DNA of 64,000 nucleotides. Origin: Macrostomum lignano. Its lineage: Eukaryota. The notes under the pieces were generated by a model. The model made no database searches, had not been told where the DNA came from, and was given only the letters and a program-made list of their open reading frames with translations. Every line of letters starts with the position of its first letter. Position 1 is the first letter of the stretch. Below are positions 61,852-64,000 of the stretch, one piece after another. The translations under genes and the position numbers were made by a program. The DNA lies in the NCBI GenBank assembly GCA_002269645.1, contig NIVC01000386.1:248001-312000 (forward strand), given 5' to 3'.

Positions 61852-63830
61852 TCAAACCTGCTGGCACCAGCTGTCCAGCAGCGCGAACTCGCTCTGCGTG
61901 AGCACTCGAGTGCTCAGGCCAAAACATGAGATGCTGCCCCGCACAGAGAAGCTCGAATTTCCGGGGAAGCCTCCCAGATGCAGGCATTGGAAATTGGCGT
62001 TGCTGAGACCGCCGACCGCCTCCGTCTCGTCCAGGGTGGCGCCGCGCGCGTTGCCGTTGAAGTAGAAGCCGGAGGCAGTTGTCGAGTTGAAGGAGACCCC
62101 AGCAGCAATAGAAGCCGCGGAGCTGTTCGAACTTGCATTAAACGCGGCGTCAGACCTGAACAGGCGGGATATCGACTCGGCTGGCCAGAACACGTTGTGC
62201 CAAATCTTTCCATCGTACACGAAGAAGTCGTGAGAGACGTTGTTGCTGATGCACTGCCGAAACACGGCATACGTGGCGCTGCGGTTCAGAGGTGACTTGC
62301 GTGCACTTGCCGGCTAAATGAACAGCGAGCTGTTTCAGACTTTTAGAAAATTATACTCACTCAATGTTCAGCGGGTGCTTGGCCCGGACGAAGAAGGAGA
62401 ACTTGTTGCCCTTGTTGACCACCGTCTCGAAGCCGGGCGTCTCCGCCATCAGGAAGGAGTCCAGGCTCTGCACAAAGTGCGCACCAGAGGCGTTCACAGT
62501 GGCGTTGCCGCTACTCAGCCGGTACTTAGAGGGATCGGCGACGTTCTCGAGGCCGTGGCTGGCGAACCTGTAGAGCAGCTTGAGGCACAGCTGGGCCACA
62601 ATCGGGTCCACGGATGACGGCACTGGAATGGTTTGATGATGGTCAATCGGGCGATTGTGAAAATGATTTATGAGTTGCTGACAAGACCGAAACGAGATGT
62701 CAACTTAAGCATGGGAAATCATCAATCCGTAATGGGGAGGAATGCCCTTCCTGCCTCTCCGGTGTCGAGAATGCGGAGCACTTCATCTGTGACTGCTCTG
62801 CCTATACTCAGAACAGGTGTAGTGACTGTGCATCGGGCCTAGGTGTTGTCAAGCGACCATCCACGACCTGGACTCTCCGAAGGAAAACCGCGCAGCGGAT
62901 CTTCAAGGATCTCCTTGTGCGACAACGCAACACCAGCTGCCCGTGGTCACCAGAGGTCAGCAAAATGGGCGGAGACGCCTCCCCACTGTATCCAAATGTC
63001 CGGAACCCCCTGCAGCTGGGTCAAGTAAGTCACGGGAATCCATTGGTTCACAGGGGATATAGGGGATAAAACTGGGATTTCACCTTAACTTAAACCTAGA
63101 ACGGAGCCCAACGAAAAGTTTCAAACTAAAGCGCCTTCAACCGGAACCCCTGCATCCCTGGAAGCCCCTTGTGAGGGATCTGGAGGAGAGGTCACGGCTT
63201 CTCTAATCGACTGTTCCGAAGAAATGATCGAATGCAGTCCGTCTGGTCCAGGGGCCCAGCTTCACAAGAAAAAAATAACAAAACATCGAAAAATATTATC
63301 GGGTCTTTCGCAAGACCGAAGCATTGGAAAACCCTCATCAACAACAAGCGCTACCAGCCTGATTGATGAATCCTTTACCCATTCTGAGAACTTGGCATCG
63401 GCAAAAATGTATGACCAGCCAACTGCCTTTTCATGTAAACAGTCTTTCAATCTGACCAAGCGGTTTTCGGTCTTGCATGTATGATATCTCAGTCCTTATG
63501 GATAAGCGACCCCCACGTCATGCACAGCCTCGCACCTTGTCTATACGACTCGCAGGGCCCATTGCTCCACAGGGCCAGTCCCTCGCACGTGGAGTTGCCA
63601 TGGTAACAGAGACCAGCTGTCCGGTTGAAGTGGAACAGGTCGCAGTCCGGCCTGCTGCTGCACGCAGCGCCGCAGCCAATCTTCGAATTCTCGGCTCGGG
63701 CGGGCAGCGCGGAGAGCCGCGGGCACAGGGCGGCCGCTTTGAACTGCTTGACTGTGGAGAGGCCGGGGCAGCCCTGCAGCAGCTGCAGGAGAACGACGCA
63801 GAACAGAAGGAGCTCGCGGTGGGGGCTCAT
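61852..63830 (-). CDS. Secreted protein (327 aa) with an N-terminal PAN/apple-like Cys module and a C-terminal LamG/ConA-like domain
   Basis: Exons 63536-63830, 62361-62622 and 61852-62278 are GT-AG, phase-compatible and total 984 nt. Signal peptide MSPHRELLLFCVVLLQLLQGCPG; CGAACSSRPDCDLFHFNRTAGLC is PAN-like; the end F.G.ISCFGLSTRVLTQSEFALL is LamG-like. Domain calls are by eye. Confidence 0.68.
62640..63030 (+). mobile_element. 3' fragment of a non-LTR retrotransposon in intron 1 of the PAN-LamG gene
   Basis: CPSCLSGVENAEHFICDCSAY at ~62743-62805 is the C-terminal CCHC motif typical of I/R1/Nimb-type ORF2; possible CAAGTAAGT tail at ~63023-63031. Confidence 0.6.
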
Positions 63831-64000
63831 GGCAAGGGAGGTTGCAAGCAGCGGGGAGAATTGGAGACGGGGAGGCTGGATGCTTTTTATGCATCTTCGG
63901 ACTCCCAACTCAGCCAATGACCACCTGGATGAATAATTCACAGTCTCCGAGAAATTTGCGAGCCATTGTGTTTGTCAGCGATGGAGGAAATGCTGGGCTG

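Noticed and set aside
63594-63607. Perfect X-box GTTGCCATGGTAAC
   Set aside because: It lies within a coding exon (C-Y-H-G-N codons on the minus strand) and is explained by the protein sequence

Overview
Eukaryotic (metazoan) genomic DNA. GC/CpG-rich exons sit among minisatellite-filled introns and AT-rich spacers. This style resembles the flatworm Macrostomum (inference only, not verified). Genes I could reconstruct by hand: an NRBP/Madm pseudokinase with a long C-terminal extension ending in a PHD-like finger (minus, 7+ exons, runs off the left edge); two intronless EGFR-family receptor kinases arranged head-to-head; acyl-protein thioesterase LYPLA1/2 (minus, 3 exons); ANKRD13C (plus, 7 exons); a REV7/MAD2L2-like HORMA gene; and a 3-exon secreted PAN-like + LamG-like protein. 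Mobile DNA: a 4.3-kb non-autonomous Mutator element with ~640-bp TIRs and a perfect 9-bp TSD, two hAT-type MITEs with perfect 8-bp TSDs, a tRNA-derived SINE and LINE fragments. Main highlight: the two EGFRs share a ~99% identical 1.34-kb CR2-TM-kinase block as an inverted repeat but have divergent ectodomains and unrelated tails, so inversion of the 14.4-kb spacer would swap ectodomain-tail combinations. Other highlights: all 15 introns of three housekeeping genes carry their own minisatellite; one array multiplies RFX X-box motifs; a hAT MITE hosts an array; and there is a C-to-T/CTAG hypermutation-like signature in non-coding DNA. Most long ORFs in the supplied track are repeat artefacts.
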